DNA of 61,590 nucleotides, filler included, from Rhabdomonas costata (Eukaryota), in assembly GCA_019059605.1 (NCBI GenBank). It is 22 parts of 22 records of this genome, joined end to end, with 100 filler letters (N's around TTAATTAATTAA, not from the genome) between each part and the next. Parts side by side here need not be neighbours in the genome. Positions count along the whole stretch, not along the records: positions 11,282 to 13,982 come from JAHMHO010002305.1; positions 14,083 to 16,783 come from JAHMHO010002306.1; positions 16,884 to 19,584 come from JAHMHO010002307.1; positions 19,685 to 22,391 come from JAHMHO010002308.1; positions 22,492 to 25,196 come from JAHMHO010002309.1; 17 more parts are not named here. One strand, given 5' to 3'. Shown one piece after another: positions 11,956 through 23,352 of the stretch (the first letter of the stretch is position 1; each line of letters opens with the position of its first letter). Below the pieces are notes generated by a model. That model was not told the origin of the DNA. It saw only the letters and a program-made list of their open reading frames with translations, and did not search any database. A program made the position numbers and the translations under genes.

Positions 11956-13962
11956 AGCGTGTCCTACCAGCTCCGAAACTCCCTGAAGATCAGCGCAGCC
12001 ACCGCAATGGCAGACATAATCCAGAGTGCGGAGCAGGCCGCCAACGTGACCCGGATCCAAATGATGGCCGGGGGCACCGTGGCGGGCAGCGGCAACTCCA
12101 CCAACTTCAGCGCCGTGCTGCCCCTCCACCCCACTGTGTTTGGGATGACCCGGGGGTTTGACTGGCTGGACATGGTCCAGGTGAACCGCTTCGTCGGCCT
12201 GGACCCCTCCACGTGCGTGCCGTGCAGTTGTGCATTTTGCGTGCACTCGTTCGGAGTGAAACACACAACGCTGTTTGCAGTTCAGATGGAAGCAAAGCGA
12301 TGCAGCAATAATTCACAGGAATAGTTGGAACTGAATGCAAATAAAAAGCGCTGCACCGTTGCACGAACAGAACTTCACATAGCTGAGTTCAGACCTGAAG
12401 CTGCGGCAAACAAAACTCACAGCTCGCCACAAACGATCACTCACAAGCTCTGTGTCAAGCCAGCGATCCAAGGCATGTGCCTGTTATGTCTTTAATTGAC
12501 GCCTTTAAAAACCCATTTTTGAGGTGCTATGTTCATCCTTGAGGGGCTGCTGATTCTAAATCTGCTCCAACTCTTTGCCAAAAAAAGAGGAGGAAGGGGT
12601 AAGAAAGAAAAGAACATGGGAGTAATCGGGAAGGTGAGAGGGGATGCAAGGTGAGAGGGGGCTCAGTGAACTCGCCTGTAAAGAGCCACTGCTGGGACCG
12701 TGAATTTTATGCGCTATATCCGCTATGCAGTTGAAGCCAGAAACTTTCTCCCTTCCGCTCGCCAGCTGGCCGGAGATGCCATGACGGTCTGGAGCGTCTT
12801 CCCTGTTGTTGGATGAGCCCCGTTAAGAACAGTTGGAAGCAGCAATAAAGCTGCACCATAATGGCGTTTAGGCTCAGGGTCTAGTCCGATGGGGAAGGGG
12901 TACATCTGCATTCGAGGAAGATAGGGAGGGTAAAAGATTCATATTTCATATGGGTAGAGAACCAGTCGGGGTGACGACAGCCTGAAATACAACACCCTCG
13001 GAGCCGAGGGCACAGGGGGCACAGGCATTGGAACGAAGGTACGAGGTCAAACGTTTAACGCCCTCCTCTCCCCCATCCAACGACCTGACCAATTCTCCAG
13101 TTCCGTGGCCCCGACAGCACGGGGCCACGGAACTGGAGAATTGGTCAGGTCGTTGTCTGGAGTATGGATAGAAGCTCGTTAGTACAACAGTGCAGGGGCT
13201 GTGTCCATTGATCAACTCAGCGCCACCGCTACTGCCTTTGCCACCTTTCACAGGCCCAAAAACCGGACGGTGACCGCCCTTTACGAGAGCGTCGCCGCGT
13301 TCAGTATGAACGTGAACTTGCAAACCCAGGCCTCCCAGAACACGTTCTACGGCACCACGACCAACCTGAGCCGTGACCTTCGCACCAGCCTCCTCTCTGT
13401 GAGCATTCTGGACTCCGAGCTGGGCACGCCCTACCTCCTCCGAAACTCCACCTACCCCTCCACCCGCCTCCCCTTCAAGGTCAGCGCCACCCCAACCTGC
13501 TACTGGTCCAACAACATCACCTTCATGGTCCTCACGGGGCTCCCGCTGACCACGATAACCTGCAGCGCCAGTGCTCCTGGAGGCAAGGTGGGGTGGGCCG
13601 TGGACCTCAGCATTAGCACCTACACCCTCAGCAGCTTCCTGATCAACCTTCTCCCGAGTTCCGCGGATCGCCTGTTTCTGATCATTAACAACGCGCAGGG
13701 AACGCTCGTGGGGGCCTCCCATGGGAAGTTCTTCTCCCATAGTGACCTGGACCTGCCGAACTCGAATCCATTGGTCAACCCTCCCCCTTTGGTGGACTTC
13801 CGGCTGTACACGGCGCTGAACAGCACTGACCCAATCATTGCGGCCGCGGGACGGTGGGCCCTGACCAGATTCCGGAGCTGGGACAAGATCCCCGCGATGA
13901 TGCGGTCCATCAACATGGGAGGCGATTCCTACTGGCTGGAAACTATCAAAGTTTCCTCTCAG
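11956..13962 (+). CDS. Cache-like extracellular domain of a receptor-type nucleotide cyclase or sensor (partial)
   Basis: Exons 11956-12212 and 13254-13962 joined by a phase-2 GT-AG intron. Many N-x-S/T sequons. AVDLSISTYTLSSFL..RLFLIINNAQGTLVGASHG..NSTDPIIAAA matches the dCache-type pattern seen upstream of TM-HAMP-cyclase modules. Confidence 0.6.
13078..13155. repeat. Perfect intronic hairpin, 36-bp arms and 6-nt loop
   Basis: CAACGACCTGACCAATTCTCCAGTTCCGTGGCCCCG, loop ACAGCA, then the exact reverse complement. Confidence 0.95.
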
Positions 13963-14210
13963 GTCCACCCGAACCAACAACANNNNNNNNNNNNNNNNNN
14001 NNNNNNNNNNNNNNNNNNNNNNNNNNTTAATTAATTAANNNNNNNNNNNNNNNNNNNNNNNNNNNNNNNNNNNNNNNNNNNNGGTTTTGGTGTGGAGAAG
14101 ATGAATGTTCCCGGAAGGCTGAAGAATGGGTTCTTGGGGATTTGGGGATGCTCTTCTCTAAGTTGATCGAGATTTCGACAGAGTTTTGTCGCGATGATTT
14201 GGACAGGCAG

Positions 14211-16742
14211 ACCTACCGCGAAGTCTTTGTGCTGTTCATATCTAAGAATACGATCTACAAGGAAGTGCTGCAGAAGATTCTGGATCAGGTGCCCCCCCCC
14301 GTTCATTCAAAAAAGGGAATGTTCATACACGTCGCCAATTCAGTTCAATTTCAAATCGGTGAGTTCGCTTTTCCAGCCTAGTCATCAATGGTGAGAGAAT
14401 CGAGATCGTCCATCTCTTTTGGCGTTTACATTTCTCGCACAAGCGGCAGACGCATCTGTGTAGAACTTCAAGCGGAAAGGGGGATGCAGCGGCCAAATAC
14501 TGTAGAATGTCGCACACTGAGAACACTCCCCCTAGGGTGGGAGTGCGAGTACCTGTGCTCCAGATGGATTTTTTCGTGGATTTGCAGATGGATGACTTCC
14601 TGAAGTATCACTCCTTCCTGAAAGAAAGCTTGGCTGCTACCAAAACGAAGTATGTCCCTTTCCCAGCCGTCCACATTTAGTGGATTGTTTAATGGACGCC
14701 TTGCTCCGCAGGGCCTCCAAGGTACTTCTGTGAGCGTTGGGTTTTGGTCCGCTTTGCGCAAAACAGGCTGCAGGGCATTCATGAGGCCCATTCCGCAGAG
14801 TTGCAGAAGGTGCGAGCAGAAGGCGCCGACACGGTGTGCGCACTGCAGGCCACGGTGGACTCCCAGGAGTTTCGAGTGAGGCGCATCGAGGCCCAGAACG
14901 AGCTGCTGCAGCGCAAGATTGGCGAACTCACCGCAGAGGTCGCCAAGCAAGCGCTGACAGATCCCACACGGTTCAGAGCAAGTGCACGCGAGTTCCCGAA
15001 CAGCCCTCGAAAAACTAATTGGGCCCTTCAAATGCTACTGGGAAATGCAGCCAGACGCTCGCAACGTGCTAGAAAATTTCACTTAGACCCCAAACTGCGA
15101 GACTTGCTGGGACGCTGGGAGATGCCGCCTAACTGGTGCACATCCGCGAGTAAAATAGGTGCAGAAATCTTAGCGGAGGTTCCAAGGGCGTAGTTCCAAG
15201 GGCACTTCTAGATCTTTGCAGGATGTTGGCACACCGACACCTCTCCCAAGGTGACAACCGCTGATTTGCATATTTTTGTTTTTGGTGATCTGCGCACAGG
15301 CGACAAAGTTCCAGGAGCGCCTTGAGCACGAGCAGAAGCTGCGGGCTTCGCTCTCACAGGTAATGTAAATACTGATGGTTCGGAGGGTTGGTGTGTGTGT
15401 GAGGCCATCATACCTACAATCAGTGAGGTGAAAGTGAGCGAGCTTGCTAGCTATTTGCCGCAAACTCCATCCAAGCCTTGTACGGGAGCTCGTCCGGAGA
15501 TGTTGTTGCTCTGAGTGACTGCCGACATTGCTGTCGATTCTTTCTGTTCTTTTTCTTTCTTCCTTTCTTCAGCCGATACCCCCCCCCCTCGCCCCTGATC
15601 CGTAGGTGATGGACTACAAGAGCGAGGGCCTGGCCGAGCTCAGCCTGAAGGTCATGAAGGTCTCTGCGGAGAACCACCGACTGCGGGGCGTCCACCACAT
15701 CAGCGACCAGGTAAATTTTCCCACCGGAGGAAATCTGTGCTCACACAAATGATGAATTGACGGACGGAGGCCAGCACCAAACCAATTTGCACTGCGGGAG
15801 CATATTGCTCAATGTCAGAGCAAATTCTGTTCACCGCCCAAATAGGTTTTAGGCGCATTGGGCTGTGGTCTGCGCCGCTCAGGTGTGGCAGGAGCTCCGC
15901 GATCTGCAGACTCAGAACGAAGAGCTGAATCAGAAGTACCTCAGTACTGTTGAGGAGCTCAAGCAAGTCAGGGTGCGGTTTTGCTTTTTTGGTTTTGTAC
16001 TTATTTGTAGTGGGGGGCCACGATTTGGGTTCCCAACCCTGGCCTCTGGCCATCGTGCCATTTTTTCAACATGCCACCATGCCGTTGACATCTTCACAAC
16101 AGCGGTGTGATGAATTCTTATAGTTGTTAAACAGTGAGGTACAAAACTTGCCTCACTGACCGCCAGACACCCCACATATCTGTCGCCTTTGATGTCCTCA
16201 AAAACCCCCCCTTTCGTCCTAACATCCCACCTCAGCGACCGCGCCGGCCTCGCCGTGGACTTGCCTCCGCTCCTAAAAAACCTCTCCCACGTGTCTGCCA
16301 ACATGAACAGAATATGAACAGGAAGGCCCGGTGTCCTGGTTTTTTTTACCTCACCAGCGTCAAAACTTGAAACGCAACCACTTCCAATTTTATGAGTCCT
16401 GATTGGGAGACGGCGTGTATTTCTTTTTATCGGGGAGTGAGGAGAGGCCTTATTTCTCCGCGTGAACTGGCTGCGAAGTTTATGTCGTTATGTCTTGTTT
16501 CCTTTTTTTGGTGTGATTCGGTGAAAGGTGGCAGGGATGGCGATGCACAGGGCGCACAGCAGCAGGCGGCGGAGCGCGCGCAGGGGGTGGTGGCGAACTA
16601 CCGAAGGGTGTGCCGGATCCAGGCCGAGGAGCTGGAGCGCCGCGAGCTCGCCCTGTCCACGGCCACCGCGGCGCACTCCGAGGTCTGTACCCACCGCGAC
16701 GAGCTCCTTCGCACCCACACCCCGCGCCCGAACTGGGCGCAG
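14211..16742 (+). CDS. TSNAXIP1-like coiled-coil protein (partial, 6 exons)
   Basis: Exons 14211-14288 (TYREVFVLFISKNTIYKEVLQKI), 14774-14938, 15300-15359, 15606-15710, 15883-15966 and ~16551-16742 ending in the HTPRPNW motif. Heptad-rich middle section. Confidence 0.7.
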
Positions 16743-18637
16743 GTCAGCCAGCGCTATGCCAGGGCCACCACCCCCCAACCACANNNNNNNNNNNNNNNNN
16801 NNNNNNNNNNNNNNNNNNNNNNNNNNNTTAATTAATTAANNNNNNNNNNNNNNNNNNNNNNNNNNNNNNNNNNNNNNNNNNNNGTTTTTTGCCATACCCT
16901 GTGGATTCTTACTGAACATCATACAATCTCATCTTATTTTCAGGGTTGAACACCAGCTTCATTTTTATTGTTTTATTTTTTGGGGAGAAAAAATGGTTGT
17001 CAACTTTTTGTTTTCGCGCCTCCGTGAGCTCTTTCGCCGTGAGGGTTCGGCTGGCGTGCTGCAGAAGAAAGGCATTTCAATCCTGCGCGCTCTGCTTTGT
17101 TTGCAATCTCTCACCCGCGTAACTGGCACTCACTCCCCGGTGCATCTGATTCGCCCAAAGTGTCGCGAGTTCTTTATCTCGAAATTGCTGCACTAGCACT
17201 TATTTCTGGAGTCCCACCAGCAAAATTTGCAACAGCCATTCAAAAAAGTAGCCTTTAGCAAGTAATGTACTACCTGGCATTCCGACTTTGGGGACATTCG
17301 GTGTCTGCCGAAACGCCAACCAAATTTTGTAAAGGGCGCCAGATGCCGTTTCTGCAGATACCCTTAAACACAATGAATTCCGCGCCTGAGGTCACAATGC
17401 TCAATCCCATCAAACAGTGGGAAACATTTTCCGATGAAGAATTTTTGATTCCGAAAATAATCCTGACGTAACGTGTGGACTCTCACAGCTCTTGACGTTC
17501 TTGTTCTGTTCCCGGATGAATGTTTAAGCAATCTCTCGTTTTTCAAGATTGGGGAATTGACTGTCTCCTTTCTTTGTGTTTGTGTGTTTGTCTCTCAGCC
17601 GTTAAGTTCTCTGAGTTGACTGCGGAGCTGGGTTGCCTGCTCGCCAGCGCCGGCGAGGGCGTTGCAGGTGTGCACCGGCGGGGTGATTGAAAACGGAGTT
17701 GTCGAAAGTGCCACAATTAGCGCCATCTGGCGCCGTCTGCGCCATTTAGTAGTATTCAGATCAAAGTGTCCAGAGGTGAGTGGGAGAAGCCGTTTTCTTT
17801 CGGAGGATGTCAAAAGTTTCAGGACAGTGAGCGTAGTTTGTGCACTTTCTCCGGAAGTTTCAGCTTTACCAACACAAAAAGAAGTTGGTCCAGAACAGTT
17901 CCCGTTCACCGCACAAACTCGAGTACTCTGGGGCATGAGTGAGCAAAAGTAAGCTCGGGCAAGTGTTCTCTTGCTCTCATCTCTCTCACGCCGCTTTGGT
18001 CCGTCCACGAAATGTTTGTTATTTTCGGGGATTTTCTGTTTCACCCTGACATCAGAGAGCAGAAGAAAAGGACTGTGGCTGATGGGAGCTGAGAAGTTTT
18101 TTCATTAAGGTGTCGAGGTGGAACCTCCTTTCACCGCCATGTGGCGCCGACAGCTCCCGTTATGTCATACCATAAAGATATTATTTTTAATTGATCGATT
18201 GATCGGATTAATAATGTATCAACTGCGGATTTTTACGTGAAGAAAAATAATTGATCGTGAAAAATGGATCAAGGAAGGCCACCTCCGTGCCAAACAGACA
18301 AAATTCCCTTCCTCATAGTGAGAGTGGTAAGAATAATAGATCATCGCATGCTGGATCAACTACCACACTGGCCCATTGATGCATTATTTTGCATCGTTCC
18401 TTCATTAATTCATTAATCTTTACGGTAACAAACCATTCTGTGTGTTCTATATCAAATCGGAAATAATGTGGACTGTCTGAAGAGAAATAAAGAAAATTTT
18501 CGCAATCTAAAAAAGGGGAAAATGAGTCGGCCACAACGGTGTCAAGAGAAACGAGCAGGAAAGTCTTGTGCAACAAGATTAAAGGACTGAAACAACTCCC
18601 AATTTAGGAAGCGGCGTCACAAAAACACACGTGAAGG

Positions 18638-18988
18638 TAGGGCTGGGAACATGCGCAACCGGCAAAATTTAATTTGCAGTTTTCGGCCCCTCCGAAAATT
18701 TGGCTTGAATGCACTTTTTTTTTTGCATGTTTATGCACTTTTTTGCAATTTTTTTTTACCGCATTTCTGACCCTTTTTACCCCAAAACCCTTCGGGAGCC
18801 GATTTCTGGGTCCCCATGCGTGTCACCGCCGTTGTCTGCTGCTGAAGGAGATGACCTTGTAATTCGGTTTTGTGTCGACAAATTGGACCCCGGGCGAAAA
18901 GTTGGCTTGAATTGAACTTTTTTTCACATGTTTGCTTGTTTTGCACTTCATTTTTGGTCTCGCCAATTTGCCTTTTTTCTCAGCCCTG
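18638..18988 (+). mobile_element. ~350-bp hAT-like MITE, copy 1
   Basis: Ends TAGGGCTGGGAA...TTCTCAGCCCTG, flanked by direct repeat GTGAAGG (18631-18637 and 18989-18995). Homologous along its length to 32195-32553. Confidence 0.85.
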
Positions 18989-19330
18989 GTGAAGGAGAGC
19001 GATGTTGGAAAGAAAGTTTGCCCGACGTTCCTCACGTCACAGAAGTTAGTGTAACGTCACTGTCAGGAATCGCGTTCAGTTCGGTTCAGGCTATACAGAG
19101 AAAAATCGAACCGAAGCGAAATCGGCTTGAATTTCCTTTTCGCAGAATTTTGCTATACATTTCATTTTCGGCATTCGCATTTTTTAGGTGTGGGGTCCGC
19201 CAGTTGCGTATCCCCTGGCGTAGGCTGGGGGTGAGGTAGACCATAACGCCGGGGTTCCGGGCTCTTTTTTCTTGCGTTTTTTTGCTCGCTGCGCGGATGC
19301 ATCTGCAGACGCCCCGGTTCACTTCCTGAG

Positions 19331-19421
19331 GAGTGCTGACATCGGGGGGACCGGCGGAATCCCTTTTGACCAGCTGGCGAACGAATACATCGACCTCAAG
19401 AAGCGGCGAATTGTCAAAATT
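19331..19421 (+). CDS. Single exon of a probable EF-hand protein
   Basis: AG/GT-bounded GC-rich segment reading SADIGGTGGIPFDQLANEYIDLKKRRIVKI, an EF-loop-like pattern. Confidence 0.35.
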
Positions 19422-19726
19422 GTGGGTTACGGCGGGACCGGCGTGCTTTCCGGGATTTCGGTGAACCCTCCCCCCCCATCCACCGTCACACCCCTCACTC
19501 CCTCTTCCTTCCCTCTGACGAGGCTTAGCAACTTAGAGGGAGTGAGGGGTGTGACGGTGGATGGGGGGGGAGGGTTCACCAAAANNNNNNNNNNNNNNNN
19601 NNNNNNNNNNNNNNNNNNNNNNNNNNNNTTAATTAATTAANNNNNNNNNNNNNNNNNNNNNNNNNNNNNNNNNNNNNNNNNNNNGTGTTTGTTTGAGCTT
19701 GTCTCTCCTTGTCTCTCGCTTGTCAG

Positions 19727-22215
19727 CTGCTGTCTTTCGCGGCGAACTTGCCTCGCGTCTGAAACCCAAGAAAAGCAAGGAGGATTCCTCCAGCGATGAG
19801 GACGAGGAGAAGGCCTCTGGGGACGATGAGAGCGAAGAGGGCCAAAAGAATCCTGCTCAGGTTTCGGTTTTATCAAAGTGGTCAGTAGTGGCACATCCAC
19901 ACCTTTCGTTCTTTCTTTCTACTTCTTTTTTTTTAAGGGGCTTTATGGTTTTTCTTTTGAACACACCAGCTCGCTTTGGGTCGTCTCACCCGCGGCCCTT
20001 AAGTTTATGCGGCTGTTTTTATTTTCAGAAGCCGCGGCGAGTTTGGTGGACCACCGAAAAACAAAGAGGGAGAAAAGAAACAGAGAGAGGAAGAGTAGGA
20101 GGGAGGGAGGAACCCGCTGAGCGCGGTCTTCTATCCGTCCCAACGACGCATGAAAAAGTGTGCGGAGAGGGAGGCTTCAAACCTTACGCTATGCTGTCTC
20201 AGAAAGTAGCACAGAGAGAGCACAGAACAAAAACTCATGTAGCACACCCGCACCCGACTAATGTAGCAACGAGCAACGGCTCATTTGAACTTCAGTGTCG
20301 GGAGGTTCTCAGGAAAATGGTTCTGGGGTGAGTACAACGAAGGGAGTTCCGGCAACGCCTCCCCCTCAAGCTACGTGCAAGCCTCACAAAGCTGGTGCCC
20401 AATGCCCTTGTGAAGAGCAACTGAGACCCTCTCCCAACACAGGGTTTGGAATTGACCTGGAAAATGCTGTTCAATTTCACGGCCAACCCGCTTCGCATAC
20501 CGAGCAAACAACTTAGCGAGAAACTCGCGCCCCTGTGGAACATACCCTCCAATAGTGCATATTGCAACGGGAAAGAAGTAAAAATCCAGCTTCGTTGCAC
20601 AGGGCAAGGGGTTTGTTGTTCTTCTGAGGTTTCATCAGTGTGATCAGTAGTGGCAGATCCACACCTTTCTTTCTTTCTGCTTTCATTTTGTTTTTTGACT
20701 TTCCGCGTTGGTGCTTCGCAGGTGCTGTTGGAATCGTTGAAGGAGAAATGCGAGCAGGACACCAGTGGCCGGGCCATCGCTCAGTTGCTGGATATGCAAG
20801 TTTTGGTGCCAAAGTGTGTTTTTTCCGGACGCTTTCTTTCTCTTTCTCGTTCCATCATCTCCTGTTCTTTCCTCTCCCTCTTCTTCACATACCCTCTTTT
20901 CATGCCTTTGTCTATAACTCAGTTGGACTTGTGCTTTTTGTTGTATAATGTTTTTGTCGTGCCACAATCGCGCATTCCTATGCTAGTGAGCAAGATGGTC
21001 ACCACGTCCGTCAACTGCGCCCGTTTTGAGCAGATGAAGTTGCGTGATGGGGTTCAGTGGATCTGGGATGATAAATGTTCCGTATGTCATTTGGTAGGAT
21101 GGACCCCCGCGGTCACCGGCAAACCACTTCGCCCGTTTGGTTCTGCATGCTTTTGTGTGTGGGTTTGGGAGCATGCTCTGCTGCTTTTTTATTTCACCTT
21201 ACCCGTCAGAGCCCGTCTGGATTTCGACTTGTTCAAGACAACCATGCGAGTCAGGGGTAAGAAGCAATCCTGGATGGTCACCTACGCTGACATCACGCAG
21301 ATGTTTCTGCTCCCTGCACCGGATGGAGTTACCCGCTATCTTGTGGTGTGACGAACTCTTGCGCCATTTCCAGCCGATGTTCCTTTTTTCATCTACTCAT
21401 CCATTGCTTTTTTACCCCTCCAGAATCACCACTTGGGGATGTTTTGATTAGTGGCGCGTGTCGAGAGTGCCGTGAGTCAACTTCTGTGTTCAGAAATGCA
21501 ATGCTCGCATTGGTTCGAACGATAACCGGAGCACAACAAGAAAACTCGGAATATTCTGGCTTGTGATTTCTCATGATGAATTATGTGAAACTCTCCCGAT
21601 ACTGATCTGCGATTTTGCCCATCCCAAAACCATAATTGGGTGGTGATTCGTTGCAGCGGCGTTTCTCATCATGTGGTGGACGATTTAAAGTTGCACACAA
21701 ACACACACCTCCCCCGTCGCCGGCCACCTTCTTTGCGATTCTGTGCATGTTCCGCCTTTCCATCTGCGTGATTCAGCTGTCCCTTTCGAAGCCTTTGAAG
21801 CAAGGGCAGACCCCGTATTACTTCTTGGTGCTGTCCTTCAATGAAAACGTTTTGTTGGGGGAAGAGGATCCCTTCCGTCTCACTCTGACCGAGTACGTGA
21901 GACTTCCGCTTTTAGCATCCCTTCCGTGGGGTCTCCTCCTTTATAATGCTCCTCGCTTTCATTTGGCTGTTTCTTTTATGGTTCCCCTTCTCCAGAGAAG
22001 AGCTCAACGAGCTGAATGGCAAAGAATCTGGCCCCAAGCTGAGTCTGCAAATGACAGGTGTTTCGGAGGGGATTCTCGGAATTCTTGTTTTTATTGTTTC
22101 CCTGCAACATGGTGAATTCATTCCCTCGCTTTTCAGGTCCGCTGTTCGAGCTCGTTGCTAAGGTACTCAAAGTCTTCTCCGGGGCAAAGGTCATCGGTCC
22201 GAGCAAATTCGTCAG
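19727..22215 (+). CDS. SSRP1: FACT complex subunit SSRP1/Pob3 (internal part, 6 exons)
   Basis: Exons ~19727-19860, 20722-20813, 21210-21345, 21777-21892, 21996-22057 and 22137-22215 splice in frame. VLVPKARLDFDLF..MFLLPAPD..LSLSKPLKQGQTPYYFLVLSF..GPLFELVAKVLK matches the SSRP1 middle domain. Confidence 0.92.
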
Positions 22216-22340
22216 GTGCGTCTGCTTAAAGTCGCTTATGATGGCAGAGAAATGCTTCTCTGTCTTCTCTGTTCAAACCATCTCCATTATTATCTGTGCA
22301 TGAGGGGAATCGTACCGGCATTCGACCCAGAAGAATTTTC

Positions 22341-22391
22341 AAAAAAGGACAAAATTCAAAAAAGGACAAAATTCGAAAAAGGACAAAATTC
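22341..22391. repeat. 17-bp tandem repeat, 3 copies, cut by the contig end
   Basis: (A/G)AAAAAGGACAAAATTC x3. Confidence 0.85.
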
Positions 22392-23352
22392 NNNNNNNNN
22401 NNNNNNNNNNNNNNNNNNNNNNNNNNNNNNNNNNNTTAATTAATTAANNNNNNNNNNNNNNNNNNNNNNNNNNNNNNNNNNNNNNNNNNNNCGTCCAGCA
22501 CGAACCGCAGCACCGTGAACGCGCCAAAAAAAACCAACAGGTGTGCAGAACAAGCAGCACAAGGACACGCCACAGCACACCGCGCCAAGGCGCCCTGTGT
22601 GTGTGTGTGTGTGTGTGCATGTGTGTGCAAATCTCAGGTTTGGGGGGAGGCCACCAATGACCCTCAGCCTGGCGCGGACGTGCCCCTGACGACCTTTAGC
22701 AAAGGGAGTCACAAGCAGAAGGCCCCCAAAGGGAAGTGACACTGACTAACTCTCAGCCCCTGCCCTGTGCCTAAAACTTTGGGCTGACACACTGATTTGT
22801 GACTGTTGTATCATTAGATGCTGTGTTGCGCCCTGCGTGTTGAACAAGGACCGTATGAGCAAAGGGTGCGAAAGAATTTCTTGGCTTTTCCCTGGGGAAC
22901 ATTTTTAGAAATGCTCATTTTATAGTTGATTTTTTGAGGAATTTTGAGAAGGTCATCGTTTGTGCCTCGGTTTGCAGTGTCACTTTACCACTGAAAATAT
23001 TTTCGGGGCTCGGTTCATGTTGATGCAATCCCAGTTGAATTTGACTAAACCCCACAATTTTTTTAACCTCTAATCGACAGATTCTACATTCCGTCCCCCC
23101 TCTCCTCCCTGGCGATAGAGGTCAAAGTCATAGCGACAACAAAAAGACGTTGGGTCAGCAGGTTTGGGGCAAGGTTTAACTTTTTGCCAAACCTGGTCCC
23201 TGCACTCCGTTTTTTTTTCAGGACTTCGAAGACTTTGGTTCCACTTGTGCTCCCTCTCTGCGTTTCATTTTGATCGCTGTGTTTTCTTAAAAGCCTCAGA
23301 GAGATAAAATGCTCCAAATGAAGACCTCCCGATGCATGTGAGCTTGCGGGCA

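Noticed and set aside
12946-13980. 344-aa minus-strand ORF
   Set aside because: Antisense shadow of the GC3-rich receptor exon on the plus strand.
16941-18048. CAGGGTTGAAC...GTTTCACCCTG as a 1.1-kb hAT element
   Set aside because: Short imperfect ends, no TSD, no transposase remnant and no second copy in the window.
18109-18291. GG-terminated imperfect inverted repeat as a further MITE
   Set aside because: Arms are too degenerate and the flanks do not form a TSD.
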